Notes: generated by a model not told the origin, from the letters alone. A stretch of DNA of 64,000 nt from Patescibacteria group bacterium (GCA_004297205.1 SCUL01000002.1:6429-70428); one strand, 5' to 3'. Counted from the stretch's first letter, positions 18,080-27,469 are shown. Program-made: numbers and translations.

Positions 18080-18750
18080 CGAAGCAGATCGATCGGGCCG
18101 TAGGTGGCGTTCGGCAGTCTGTAGTAGGCCGCCCACTCCCGGTCGCCGTAGGAGAAGTGCCACCACTCGCCGTTGTACGGAGCGAACCCGGCGTGCATCA
18201 TGATCGACCGCAGCAACGCGCGGTTGGTCCGCTGCGCATCCGTGAGATCCGTGCAGAACGTCTTGATCCGCTCGAGGTTCTCGTCGCGGAAGTCCGCGAT
18301 CGCAGTTCCCATGTCGAGATTGCCGCGGTCCGTCGCGATGATCAGGTCGACCGCGCCGCCCGTTGGATGACCTGCGACGTCTGGTGATGCTGACAGCGTG
18401 TGCGACAGTTCGCGTATCTCGAGGTCAGTCATTTCCGGATGCTGCGCCCGGAACTTTGCCAAGCGCGCCGAGAAGTATTCCTCCTGGATGCTCGGAAGGC
18501 GGTAGGCGTGGACCACCCGCAGGCGGGCTCCGGGCAGGTGACGATCCAGCCAGGCAGCAGCGTCGCGGAGTCGGCCGAGCGCGCCGGAGCGGAGGTACAT
18601 CTTCTCACTCTGCAGAGCGGTGACCATGTCCTGCTTCTCGTAGCGCCAGACGACTTCGGGCGTCGTTTCTTGGGTGACGACGAGCGGTTCGTTGTTTTCG
18701 ACAACCGGCACGTCGATCAGAGAACTGTACGGGAGAATCGTTTCGGCCAT
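18070..18750 (-). CDS. ddpX: D-alanyl-D-alanine dipeptidase (VanX/DdpX-type M15 peptidase)
   Basis: ATG at 18750 with a GGAGGAGG ribosome-binding site. VanX motifs SxHxxGxAVD (SPDVAGHPTGGAVDL) and EWWHFSYG. Confidence 0.85.
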   Translation of the reverse strand: MAETILPYSSLIDVPVVENNEPLVVTQETTPEVVWRYEKQDMVTALQSEKMYLRSGALGRLRDAAAWLDRHLPGARLRVVHAYRLPSIQEEYFSARLAKFRAQHPEMTDLEIRELSHTLSASPDVAGHPTGGAVDLIIATDRGNLDMGTAIADFRDENLERIKTFCTDLTDAQRTNRALLRSIMMHAGFAPYNGEWWHFSYGDREWAAYYRLPNATYGPIDLLRTP

Positions 18751-18872
18751 CAGCGCCTCCTCCTCGTCACTACTAGCAGTCCGTGTCGTGGCCGTCAATC
18801 CGACGGCGACGGGGTGTCGACCCTTGCCAGAGAGTCCTGAAGCGGCTACGGTTCGCTGGACACACACTCCCT

Positions 18873-20381
18873 ATGAAGATTTCCCTCCAAAAGAACGACG
18901 TCGCCGGCATCCGTGCCGACGTATTGGTGGTCAACCTGTTTCAGGGCGTCACCAAGCCCGGCGGCGCCACCGGCGCGGTGGATGCCGCGCTGGGCGGTGC
19001 GCTCAGCCGTGAGATCGCCGAGCTGAAGTTCGAGGGCAAGCTCGGCGAGATGCTGACGCTGTCCACGCTCGGCACGCTGCCGGCGACGCGCGTCGTGGTG
19101 GTCGGACTCGGTCCGAAGCAATCGTTCAATGCGGAGGCCGTGCGTCGCGTTTCCGGCGCGATCATCCGCCGTTTCCGCAACACCGGCGTCCAAAGGATCG
19201 CCACCGTGCTGCACGGTGCGGGCATGGGCGGACTCACCGCCGCCGCGGCCGCGCAGGCCTTGGCCGAAGGCGCCTGGCTTGCCAACTACCAGTTCCACAA
19301 GCACCGGACGCCGGCAAAGCAGGAGAAACCGAAGATTGCCGAATTGATCATCGTCGAACAGGACGCCGCCAAGCTCCGCCAGGCCGGTACCGCCGTGGCG
19401 CAGGCCCGGGCGGACGTGACCGGCGTCGAGCTGGCGCGCGACCTGGTCAACGAACCGGCCTCAATCGCCGTGCCGAAACACTTGGTGGAACACGCCAAGG
19501 AGATCGCCGCGTTGGCACCGAAGCGGATCACGCTGACCGTTCTCGACCGCGCGGCCTGCGCCAAGAAAGGCATGGGCGCGTTTTTGGCGGTCGCTTCCGG
19601 TGCGGGCGAAGAGCCGTATTTCATCCACCTCGTTTACAAGCCCGCCAAGAAAGCCAAGAAGACCGTGGCCGTGGTCGGCAAAGGCATCACCTTCGACTCC
19701 GGCGGTTTGCAGATCAAGCCGGACCACGCCATGTCCACGATGAAGCTCGACATGGCCGGCGCCGCGGCGGTGCTCGGCCTGTTCCGCGTCCTCGCGGAGC
19801 GGGGGAGCGACGTGGCCGTTCACGGCATCATCGCCGCGACGGAGAACATGCCCGGACCGCGCGCCTACAAGCCGGGCGACGTGCTGCGCGCCATGAACGG
19901 CAAAACCATCGAGATCGGCCACACCGACGCCGAGGGCCGCGTCACGCTTGCCGACAGTTTGGCATACGCCGCGGATCTCAAGCCGAACATGATCGTTGAT
20001 CTGGCCACGTTGACCGGCGCGGCCATGGTCGCGTTGGGTGAAGAAGTCACCGCGCTCATGACCAACGACGCCAAACTTGGCGAGCGCGTGAAACGCGCCG
20101 CTGCCGAAACGGGGGAGCGCGTCTGGGAACTGCCGCTCGTGCCGGAGTACCGCGATTTGATCAAGGGGACGTTCGGCGACATCGCCAATTCGTCCTCCGT
20201 GCGCTATGGCGGCGCCATCACGGCCGGACTCTTCCTGCAGGAATTCGTCGGTGAGCTGCCCTGGGCGCACCTCGACATCGCCGGTCCGGCCTGGGCCGAG
20301 CGAGAAAACATCAGCTACATGCCCAAGGGCGGCACCGGCTTCGGTGTGCGCACACTGCTCGCCTTTCTGGCGCACCTGTAA
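18873..20381 (+). CDS. pepA: leucyl aminopeptidase (M17)
   Basis: Internal start MKISLQK at 18873. M17 signatures VGKGITFDSGG and NTDAEGR (HTDAEGRVTLAD). Divergent from ddpX. Confidence 0.92.
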   Translation: MKISLQKNDVAGIRADVLVVNLFQGVTKPGGATGAVDAALGGALSREIAELKFEGKLGEMLTLSTLGTLPATRVVVVGLGPKQSFNAEAVRRVSGAIIRRFRNTGVQRIATVLHGAGMGGLTAAAAAQALAEGAWLANYQFHKHRTPAKQEKPKIAELIIVEQDAAKLRQAGTAVAQARADVTGVELARDLVNEPASIAVPKHLVEHAKEIAALAPKRITLTVLDRAACAKKGMGAFLAVASGAGEEPYFIHLVYKPAKKAKKTVAVVGKGITFDSGGLQIKPDHAMSTMKLDMAGAAAVLGLFRVLAERGSDVAVHGIIAATENMPGPRAYKPGDVLRAMNGKTIEIGHTDAEGRVTLADSLAYAADLKPNMIVDLATLTGAAMVALGEEVTALMTNDAKLGERVKRAAAETGERVWELPLVPEYRDLIKGTFGDIANSSSVRYGGAITAGLFLQEFVGELPWAHLDIAGPAWAERENISYMPKGGTGFGVRTLLAFLAHL

Positions 20382-20394
20382 ACAAAAAGAAAAA

Positions 20395-20427
20395 GCGCCC
20401 CCGGATCGGGGCGCTTATCTTTTTTTC
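20395..20427. terminator. bidirectional rho-independent terminator (pepA, and peroxiredoxin on the other strand)
   Basis: aaaaa gcgcccccg gat cggggcgc ttatcttttttt, with A-run and T-run flanks. Abuts the peroxiredoxin stop. Confidence 0.7.
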
Positions 20428-20950
20428 AGGCTTTGCCGAGCGTCTGCTGGCCGGGTTCCCAGTCCACCGGGCAGCGCTCGCCGCTCTGCAGCGCCTGGAT
20501 GACGCGCAGGATTTCCTTCACGGAACGGCCGACCGAGCCGGCCGAGATCAGCGCGTAACGGATGATGCCGTCCGGGTCGATGATGAACAGGCCGCGTTCG
20601 GCCGAGCCGTCTTCTTCGTTCAACACGTCGTAGTCGCGGGCGATCTGCTGCGTGGTGTCGGCGATGACCGGGTACTGGACCATCGGCAGGTCGCGCTCGA
20701 ACCAGGCTTTGTGGCTCCACTCGGAGTCCGTGGAGGCCGAGACGACCGCGGCGTTCAGTTTGTCGAACTCGGCTTCGTGCGTGGCGAAGCCCCTGAGTTC
20801 CGTCGGGCAGATGAAGGTGAAGTCGCGCGGGTAGAAGAAGAGCACCACCCACTTTCCGGAGTAGTCCTTGAGAGAGATCCGGTGGAACTCGCCCTTGTGG
20901 TAGCTCATGACGTTCTCGAACGTCGGTGCGGGTTTGCCGAGGTGGATCAT
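20426..20950 (-). CDS. peroxiredoxin (AhpC/Tsa 2-Cys type)
   Basis: Peroxidatic Cys context FTFICPTE (a canonical FxFVCPTE variant). Typical start MIHLGKPAPTFE at 20950. Confidence 0.92.
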   Translation of the reverse strand: MIHLGKPAPTFENVMSYHKGEFHRISLKDYSGKWVVLFFYPRDFTFICPTELRGFATHEAEFDKLNAAVVSASTDSEWSHKAWFERDLPMVQYPVIADTTQQIARDYDVLNEEDGSAERGLFIIDPDGIIRYALISAGSVGRSVKEILRVIQALQSGERCPVDWEPGQQTLGKA

Positions 20951-20960
20951 GCGGATGGGG

Positions 20961-21566
20961 TTAGACAGCGGCCTTCCGGGCACGCGCGTAGAGCGCGTTG
21001 GCCGTTTCCCAGTTGAAGTTCTTCCAGAAGTCGGCGATGTAGGCCTTCCGGTCCGAACCGTAGTCCATGAAGTAGGCGTGTTCGTAGACGTCGAGCACGA
21101 TCACGGGCAGACAGCCCCAGACGCCGCCCTGGTTGTGGGCGTCGCCGGTGAAGACGCGCAGCTTGCCGTCGTTGGTGTCGATTGCGAGTACCACCCAGCC
21201 GCGCGCGGCCATGCCGCAGGCGTTGAAGAAGCCGAGAAAGTTTTCGAGCGAGCCGTAGCGTTCCGTGAGCGCATCGACGAGCGCGCCGGATGGAGCGCCA
21301 TTGCCGCCCAGCACCGCGAAGTACCACTCGTGCAAGTAGACGCCGTTCGTGGCGAAGGTCGCGCCGTCCATCAGCGCACGCAGCTCGGAGTAGGTGGCGT
21401 TGGCCGAGGCCACGTCGCCGCCGTGAGAGAGCGTTGCAAGCTTGTCGTTGATTTCGTTGCGCTTGTTGACGTACCCCACGTAGAGCTTGTCGTGGTGGAT
21501 GGCCATGGCTTTCTCAGAAATGCCGGAGAGCGTGGCAAAGGGAAGCGGTTTGGCTTCGTAAGGCAT
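20961..21566 (-). CDS. sodA: Fe/Mn superoxide dismutase
   Basis: LPYxxxAL (N-terminal), HHDKLY-like region, and DVYEHAYFMDY matching the SOD D-x-W-E-H-A-Y-Y metal-ligand motif. 201 aa. Confidence 0.92.
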   Translation of the reverse strand: MPYEAKPLPFATLSGISEKAMAIHHDKLYVGYVNKRNEINDKLATLSHGGDVASANATYSELRALMDGATFATNGVYLHEWYFAVLGGNGAPSGALVDALTERYGSLENFLGFFNACGMAARGWVVLAIDTNDGKLRVFTGDAHNQGGVWGCLPVIVLDVYEHAYFMDYGSDRKAYIADFWKNFNWETANALYARARKAAV

Positions 21567-21690
21567 AGGTGCAGTGAAGGGGCGGACCGATGCGTCCGTC
21601 TGAGGGACAAGTGTATGGGGCGGCGCGCGTCCGGGTCAATCGGATCACATCTATCCACAGCCCAAACGCTGACGCGGCGTGCGCTAGCTG

Positions 21691-21736
21691 CTACACTGTG
21701 TAGTAATCATTCACACGGGCGCGATGAATCGCGCCC
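21691..21736. promoter_or_regulatory. divergent sod / dsbA-like control region: perfect palindrome CTACACtGTGTAG, Fur-family-like box TGTAGTAATCATTCACA, and an 8-bp GC hairpin
   Basis: Palindrome 21691-21703. TAATcATT-core element 21699-21715. gggcgcga tgaa tcgcgccc hairpin 21717-21736, ending 13 nt before ATG 21750. Confidence 0.3.
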
Positions 21737-21749
21737 CTACGGACACATT

Positions 21750-22484
21750 ATGGCTGACCGCAGCTGGCTCGACGCGACACCGCCGAAGACGTCGTTCGTC
21801 TTCGGCCTCATTCTCGGCATCGGCGCCATGTCGCTGATCGCGCTTATTGCAGTGGTGACCCTGCTCATGAAAGGGGACACCCTGAAGCTCGGCGGCAGCG
21901 ACGGCAACGTTGCAGCCGCGGCGACGGGCGACGATTATTTGCCGCCCGAGGCGCCGACCGGCCCGGTCGACGTCGCGGTCACCGACAAGGACCACATCCG
22001 CGGCAACAAGAACGCGGAGGTCACGCTGATCGAATTCTCCGACTTCGAATGTCCGTTCTGCAGCCGGCATGAGCCGACCCTGAACCAGGCGCTCAGCGAA
22101 TACGGCGACAAGATCCGTCTGGTCTACAAGCACTTCCCGTTGGAGTCCATCCACCCGCAGGCCCGGCCGGCGGCCGAAGCCAGCGAGTGCGCGGCCGAGC
22201 AGGGCAAGTTCTGGGAGTACCATGACGGGTTGTTCGCCAACCAGGACAAGCTCAGCAGCACCTACTACGGCGAGCTGGCCAAGCAGGTCGGCCTCGACGT
22301 GAACAAGTTCAACACCTGCGTGACCTCCGGCAAGGGCAAGGCCAAGGTCGACGCCGACTACCAGCAGGGGATCCAGGCCGGCGTCCAGGGCACGCCGCAC
22401 ACGCTCGTCAACGGCATCGCCGTCTCCGGCGCGATTCCGTACGCCTCGCTCAAAGTGGAGATCGAGAAGGCGTTGGCGCAATAA
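21750..22484 (+). CDS. DsbA-like thioredoxin-fold thiol:disulfide oxidoreductase, membrane-anchored
   Basis: N-terminal transmembrane helix. CPFC active site (FSDFECPFCSRH). DsbA-family C-terminal cis-Pro region (GTPHTLVNG). Confidence 0.85.
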   Translation: MADRSWLDATPPKTSFVFGLILGIGAMSLIALIAVVTLLMKGDTLKLGGSDGNVAAAATGDDYLPPEAPTGPVDVAVTDKDHIRGNKNAEVTLIEFSDFECPFCSRHEPTLNQALSEYGDKIRLVYKHFPLESIHPQARPAAEASECAAEQGKFWEYHDGLFANQDKLSSTYYGELAKQVGLDVNKFNTCVTSGKGKAKVDADYQQGIQAGVQGTPHTLVNGIAVSGAIPYASLKVEIEKALAQ

Positions 22485-22506
22485 AAACGAACGGACGTGA
22501 TATCGT

Positions 22507-22533
22507 GTAGGGGCGGGGAATACCCGCCCCTAC
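22507..22533 (+). other. perfect 11-bp GC-rich hairpin (gtaggggcggg gaata cccgcccctac) 8 nt upstream of the rsmI start
   Basis: Seen directly. No U-tract follows, so it is not a canonical terminator. Confidence 0.4.
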
Positions 22534-22541
22534 CGCTGTAT

Positions 22542-23228
22542 ATGGACGCCACCCTGTACGTCATCGCCACGCCGATCGGCAACTTGGAGGACCTCTCACC
22601 GCGGGCCCGCCGCGTGCTGTCCGAAGTCGGCACGCTGATCGCCGAGGACACGCGCGTGGCCCGGGCGCTCCTGTCCGGCATCGGTGTTCCGGCGCCGCGC
22701 ATCGTCGCGATCCACGCGCACAGCAGCGAGAAGGACATCCGCGACGCCGTCGAACGGCTGGCGGGAGGGGAGCGCTGCGCGCTCATCACCGATGCCGGCA
22801 CGCCGGGCATCTCGGACCCGGGCGCCCACTTTCTGGACCGCGCCTATGCCGCGCTGCCGGGACTCCATGTGGTGCCGGTTCCCGGACCGTCGGCTGCGGC
22901 CACCGCGCTGTCCGTTTCCGGATTTTACGCGGATCGTTTTCTGTTTCTCGGCTTTCCTCCGCACAAGAAGGGGAGAGCGGCGTTTTTCAAGGAAGTGGTC
23001 GCGGCTGATGAAACGGTGGTGTTTTACGAATCGCCGCATCGCATCGAAAAGACGCTGGATGCCCTGGCCGAGGCGCTCGATGCCACGCGCCGCATCTGCA
23101 TCGGCCGCGAGCTGACCAAGGTCTACGAGACGATCGTCCGCGGACCGGTGGCGCATGTGCTCGAGGTGGTGCGTGCGGCACCGCTGAAGGGCGAGTTCGT
23201 GATCGTCGTGGAGCGGGCCGGTCGCTGA
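22542..23228 (+). CDS. rsmI: 16S rRNA (cytidine1402-2'-O)-methyltransferase RsmI
   Basis: LYVIATPIGNLEDLSPRA and a tetrapyrrole-methylase-fold pattern. Internal ATG at 22542. Confidence 0.9.
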   Translation: MDATLYVIATPIGNLEDLSPRARRVLSEVGTLIAEDTRVARALLSGIGVPAPRIVAIHAHSSEKDIRDAVERLAGGERCALITDAGTPGISDPGAHFLDRAYAALPGLHVVPVPGPSAAATALSVSGFYADRFLFLGFPPHKKGRAAFFKEVVAADETVVFYESPHRIEKTLDALAEALDATRRICIGRELTKVYETIVRGPVAHVLEVVRAAPLKGEFVIVVERAGR

Positions 23229-23262
23229 CAAAACGGGCTGATTCCGCTAGAGTGCCGCTGCT

Positions 23263-24777
23263 ATGGCCGCCAAAAACACCGCCTACATCACGACCACGTT
23301 GCCGTATGTGAACGCCGACCCCCACATCGGTTTCGCTCTTGAAATCGTGCAGGCCGACGTGGTGGCGCGCTACTGGCGGTTGCTCGGCAAAACCGTCGTC
23401 TTCAACACCGGGACAGACGAACATGGACTGAAGATATGGAAGAACGCGCAGGAGGCCGGGCTTGATCCCAAGACCTACAGCGATGGCTATGCCGCCAAGT
23501 TCCACGGCTTGAAGGACGCGCTGAACCTGTCGTACACGCACTTTATTCGGACGACGGACGAGCATCACGTCGCCGCGGCGCAGGAATTCTGGCGACGGTG
23601 TCTGGCCAACGGCGACATCTATAAGAAGTCGTACCAGATCAAGTATTGCGTCGGTTGCGAATTGGAGAAGACCGACTCCGAGCTGGTCGACGGTCGCTGC
23701 CCGATCCATCCCAAGCTCGACATCGAAATCATCGACGAGGAAAATTACTTCTTCCGTTTTTCTAAGTACGCGCCGCAGCTCCTGGCGCACTACGACGCGC
23801 ATCCGGACTTCGTGGTACCCGCCTCGCGGCTGAACGAGATCCGCAGTTTCGTGGCCGGTGGCCTGCAGGACTTCAGCATTTCGCGGCTCGCCAGCAAGCT
23901 GCCGTGGGGCGTGCCCGTGCCGGACGATCCGGAGCAGGTCATGTACGTCTGGTTCGATGCGCTCGTGAATTACATCAGCACCATCGGCTGGCCGACCGAC
24001 CTGACGTCGTTCGAAGCGGCCTGGCCGGGCGTGCAGGTGGCGGGCAAGGACAACCTGCGCCAGCAGTCGGCGATGTGGCAGGCCATGCTGCTCTCGGCCG
24101 GACTTCCGCTGTCCAAGCAGATTTTCATCCACGGCTTCATCACCGCCGACGGGCAGAAGATGTCCAAGTCGCTCGGTAACGTCGTCAATCCGTATGACTT
24201 GGTGGCCGCCTACGGCACCGATCCGGTCCGCTACTTCCTGCTGGGCGGCCTGCCGTCCTACGAAGACGGCGACTTCTCGCAGCAGAGTTTCGACGATATC
24301 TACGGATCAAAGCTGGCCAACGGCGTCGGCAACCTCGCGGCGCGCGTGGCCACGATGATCGGCAAGTACGCCGGCGGCAAAGCGCCGGCCGCGGCATCGG
24401 ACATCTTCGACACGGCCGCGTTCTGGAAACGGTACGACGACGCCGTGGTGCGCTACCGTTTCGACGAAGCCGTGAAGGCCGTGGAAGAACTCGTCGCCGC
24501 CTGCAATAAGGAAGTCGAAGTGCAGCAACCGTTCAAGAAAGCCAAAGCGGGGGAAGACGTCGGAGCGCTGCTGTACCAGCTGTCCGAAGCGCTGCGCCAC
24601 ATCGGCCTGGCGCTCTTGCCGGTCATCCCCGCCAGCGCCGCAAAGTTGCTGGGCATGCTCTCCATGGACGCGGCGGCCGTTTCCTTCCCCGGGGCCCGCG
24701 TCTGGGGCACGCTCCAGGAAGGCACGCCGATCGCCTCCGGCGTGATCCTCTTCCCGCGGCGCGACGCAACCTCATAA
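23263..24777 (+). CDS. metG: methionyl-tRNA synthetase (short form, 504 aa)
   Basis: HIGH-class motif (PHIGFALE) and KMSKS (QKMSKSLGN). The anticodon-binding domain is present. No C-terminal dimerisation extension. Confidence 0.93.
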   Translation: MAAKNTAYITTTLPYVNADPHIGFALEIVQADVVARYWRLLGKTVVFNTGTDEHGLKIWKNAQEAGLDPKTYSDGYAAKFHGLKDALNLSYTHFIRTTDEHHVAAAQEFWRRCLANGDIYKKSYQIKYCVGCELEKTDSELVDGRCPIHPKLDIEIIDEENYFFRFSKYAPQLLAHYDAHPDFVVPASRLNEIRSFVAGGLQDFSISRLASKLPWGVPVPDDPEQVMYVWFDALVNYISTIGWPTDLTSFEAAWPGVQVAGKDNLRQQSAMWQAMLLSAGLPLSKQIFIHGFITADGQKMSKSLGNVVNPYDLVAAYGTDPVRYFLLGGLPSYEDGDFSQQSFDDIYGSKLANGVGNLAARVATMIGKYAGGKAPAAASDIFDTAAFWKRYDDAVVRYRFDEAVKAVEELVAACNKEVEVQQPFKKAKAGEDVGALLYQLSEALRHIGLALLPVIPASAAKLLGMLSMDAAAVSFPGARVWGTLQEGTPIASGVILFPRRDATS

Positions 24778-24788
24778 CCCACCCCCGT

Positions 24789-25304
24789 ATGCCTTTGGTA
24801 GACGGCGCCATTCTCATCCTGCTCGGCGGCTTCGTGCTGTTCGGGCTGTGGTTCGGATTCATTCACGCGCTCGGCGCGCTCATCGGCACCATCGGCGGCG
24901 CCTTCGTGGCGGCCCGCATGTTCGAGCCGATCGCCCAGTGGCTGCACGGGCTGGTCGGCGGTTCGCTCAACCTGGAGCGCGTCGTGGTCTTCCTGCTCAT
25001 CTTCGTGCTCGTCGACCGGTTGATCGGCCTGGCGTTCTGGTTCATCGAGAAGGTGTTCAAGTTCCTGACGATCATCCCGTTCCTGCGGACCATCGACCGC
25101 CTGCTCGGCGGCATCCTCGGCTTCATCGAAGGCGTCCTCGTGCTCGGCCTGACGTTGTACTTCGCCAGCCGCTTTCCGTTCGCGCCGGTCGGCGAGTACA
25201 TCGCCTCGTCCGGCGTGGCCCATTGGCTGATCAACGCCGCAGCGGTGCTCGTCCCGCTCATTCCGGCCGCCATCCGCGTCCTGCGCAGCACGGCCGGTAT
25301 TTGA
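24789..25304 (+). CDS. cvpA: CvpA family membrane protein
   Basis: 171 aa with four transmembrane segments. Layout and N-terminal ILILLGGFVLFGLWFGF are typical of CvpA. Confidence 0.8.
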   Translation: MPLVDGAILILLGGFVLFGLWFGFIHALGALIGTIGGAFVAARMFEPIAQWLHGLVGGSLNLERVVVFLLIFVLVDRLIGLAFWFIEKVFKFLTIIPFLRTIDRLLGGILGFIEGVLVLGLTLYFASRFPFAPVGEYIASSGVAHWLINAAAVLVPLIPAAIRVLRSTAGI

Positions 25305-25306
25305 GC

Positions 25307-26191
25307 ATGCCGCGGCTCGTCGATACCCACGCCCACGTCCACTTCCAGGCCTTCGCCGGAGAAACCGACGAGATTTTGCGTCGGACGGTGGCGAACGGCA
25401 TTTGGGTCAACCTGATCGGCACGCAGTCCACGACGTCCAAGAACGCCGTCGAGGCGGCGGAACGTCTGGGCGAGGGCGTCTTCGCTTCAGTCGGGCTGCA
25501 TCCGAACCACTTGGCGCAGATGCACTTCGACGAAGACGAGCTGGCCGTGCAGACGCGCGATGAACGGTTCGATCCGGCGTACTATGCGCCGTTGGCCGCG
25601 CATCCGAAAACGGTCGCGGTGGGGGAGTGCGGTCTCGACTATTACCACCTTCCGGAGACCATCCCGTTTTCCGAGTTGCGTGAATTGCAGCGGCAGCAGT
25701 TTTCCCTGCAGCTCGACTTCGCGCACGAACATGATCTGCCGGTGGTCATCCACTGCCGCGACGGCCGCACGCCGGAGACGGCCACGGCGCATGCCGATCT
25801 GACGGCACTGCTCATCGAGTGGTTCGCACGCGGACTCAATCCGCGTCGCGGCGTGATGCATTGCTACACCGGAGACGCGGCGGCCGCGGCGCGGTATGTG
25901 GACCTCGGCATGTACGTGTCCTTTTCCGGCATCGTCACGTTCCCGCCGCGCAAAACCGGCGAAGGCTCCATCGGCCTGCAAGAAGCGGCGCGCAGCGTCC
26001 CGGCCGACCGGTTGCTGGTGGAAACGGACGCACCGTATCTGACGCCCATCCCGCATCGCGGCGAACGCAACGAGCCGCTGCACGTCGCCCACGTCGCCCG
26101 CTACCTCGCCTCGCTGCGCGGCGTCACGGAAGAGGCCATTTCCAGGCAAACCACGCAGAACGCCCGCACACTTTTTCACAAAATGGCTTGA
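25307..26191 (+). CDS. tatD: TatD family metal-dependent hydrolase (DNase)
   Basis: VDTHAHV start motif, GECGLDYY, HCRD, and ETDAPYL. Confidence 0.9.
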   Translation: MPRLVDTHAHVHFQAFAGETDEILRRTVANGIWVNLIGTQSTTSKNAVEAAERLGEGVFASVGLHPNHLAQMHFDEDELAVQTRDERFDPAYYAPLAAHPKTVAVGECGLDYYHLPETIPFSELRELQRQQFSLQLDFAHEHDLPVVIHCRDGRTPETATAHADLTALLIEWFARGLNPRRGVMHCYTGDAAAAARYVDLGMYVSFSGIVTFPPRKTGEGSIGLQEAARSVPADRLLVETDAPYLTPIPHRGERNEPLHVAHVARYLASLRGVTEEAISRQTTQNARTLFHKMA

Positions 26192-26216
26192 AAAGAGGGT
26201 TTCCGGAAAAAACGGC

Positions 26217-26245
26217 TTGACCTTGCCAAGAATCGCACCTATGAT
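26217..26245 (+). promoter_or_regulatory. sigma70-like promoter for the atp operon (TTGACC-17 nt-TATGAT)
   Basis: -35 at 26217-26222, 17-nt spacer, -10 at 26240-26245. The TTG of the -35 is the ORF-track start, which is therefore unlikely to be the real start. Confidence 0.45.
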
Positions 26246-26264
26246 AGACGCGCTTTTTTGCGAT

Positions 26265-26555
26265 ATGCAGGAACCGCCGCGCGCTCCTCAGGAGGAGCAG
26301 AAAACCCGTCCGTGGTTGTTCGCAGTCGGCCTTGTCGGCCAGCTCGGGTTCATGATCGCCGTGCCGATTGCCGTCTTCGCGCTGGGCGGCAGCCTGCTCG
26401 ATAAAAACTACCAGACGTCGCCGGTCTTCCTGCTCGGCGGCGTGTTCTTGTCCGGCATCATCAGCACCGTCTGGGTCGTCCAGCGCGCCCGCGTCCTGCG
26501 TGACCAGTACATGAAGCTGGTCGATCCCGCCGCGACGGGGCAGAAGCGCGTATGA
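26265..26555 (+). CDS. atpI: AtpI/AtpZ-like small membrane protein preceding atpB
   Basis: Two transmembrane segments, placed as the first gene of the atp operon, ATGA-coupled to atpB. Start is uncertain: ATG 26265 (MQEPP) chosen because the earlier starts overlap the promoter. Confidence 0.5.
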   Translation: MQEPPRAPQEEQKTRPWLFAVGLVGQLGFMIAVPIAVFALGGSLLDKNYQTSPVFLLGGVFLSGIISTVWVVQRARVLRDQYMKLVDPAATGQKRV

Positions 26556-27409
26556 CCGTCTCCCTGGCAGCTGAACCGCTGTTCTCCCTCGGCACCCTCC
26601 CGGTCACCAACGCGGTGCTGGTCGGTGTTGTCGTGTTCGTCGGACTCGTGGCCGCCGCGCTGATGCTGCGCTCGAAAATTACCGTCGGCGTTCCGGGAGG
26701 CGCAATTAATCTCGTCGAATCCATCTTAGAGATGTTGCTCTCGACCATCGGAGGCATCACGCACGATCGGAAAAAAGCCGAAGAGTTTTTTCCGCTCATC
26801 GCCACGTTCTTCCTGTTCATCCTGTTTTCGAACTGGACCGGCATTCTGCCGGGCCTCGGTTCCGTCGGCGTCTACAAGCTGATTCACGGCGAGATCGAAT
26901 TGGTGCCGTTCCTGCGGGCACCGTCCGCCGACCTGAACTTCACTATCGCCCTCGCACTGCTGTCCGTGTTTGCCGCGCAGTGGTACGGCATGAAGCATCT
27001 CGGCTTCTTCGGCCATTGGGGCAAGTTCTTCGTGCCGCCGTGGAAATCGCCGTATCTGATCGGCAGCTTCGTCGGCATCCTGGAGCTGGTCTCCGAATTC
27101 GCCAAAGTCATCAGCTTCTCCTTCCGTCTGTTCGGCAACGTCTTTGCCGGGGAAATTCTGCTCATGGTGGTCGGCTCACTCGCGCCCCAAGGCGGCACCT
27201 TGCCGTTTTTGTTTCTGGAAATTTTCGTCGGCCTCATCCAGGCGCTGGTCTTTGCCTTACTGACGACCGTCTTCCTGACGATCGCCACCATGGAGCACGG
27301 CGACGAGGGACATGGCAGCGCCGACGAGGAGAAGCATGTCGCCCATGAGGCGGACATCAAGAAACATTACCTGCCTGCCGGCAGGCAGGCGCCGGCCCAA
27401 CACGCCTGA
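26552..27409 (+). CDS. atpB: F0F1 ATP synthase subunit a
   Basis: Five to six transmembrane segments. Essential Arg motif RLFGNVFAGE. Acidic C-terminal tail. Confidence 0.92.
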   Translation: MTVSLAAEPLFSLGTLPVTNAVLVGVVVFVGLVAAALMLRSKITVGVPGGAINLVESILEMLLSTIGGITHDRKKAEEFFPLIATFFLFILFSNWTGILPGLGSVGVYKLIHGEIELVPFLRAPSADLNFTIALALLSVFAAQWYGMKHLGFFGHWGKFFVPPWKSPYLIGSFVGILELVSEFAKVISFSFRLFGNVFAGEILLMVVGSLAPQGGTLPFLFLEIFVGLIQALVFALLTTVFLTIATMEHGDEGHGSADEEKHVAHEADIKKHYLPAGRQAPAQHA

Positions 27410-27469
27410 TGCATCGCCCCGCCCTTCCCAAACATTTTGGGAGAGGTGGGGTGGCACATCATTCACTGA

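Noticed and set aside
17152-18387. 411-aa plus-strand ORF spanning the HAD remnant, the LOG-like gene and ddpX.
   Set aside because: It is antisense to two well-supported minus-strand genes and has low-complexity, Arg-rich composition.
21567-21660. Minus-strand TTGACC-18-TACACT as the sod promoter.
   Set aside because: Spacer and -10 are only moderate matches and there is no supporting feature, so I did not list it.
20907-22484. 525-aa ORF extending the DsbA-like gene leftward across sod and prx.
   Set aside because: The upstream 280 codons are antisense to sod and prx and look like junk. The real start is ATG 21750, just after the regulatory hairpin.
26217-26264. ORF-track start (TTG 26217) and ATG 26241 as the AtpI start.
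   Set aside because: Both lie inside the TTGACC-17-TATGAT promoter-like element, so a downstream start is more plausible. This remains uncertain.
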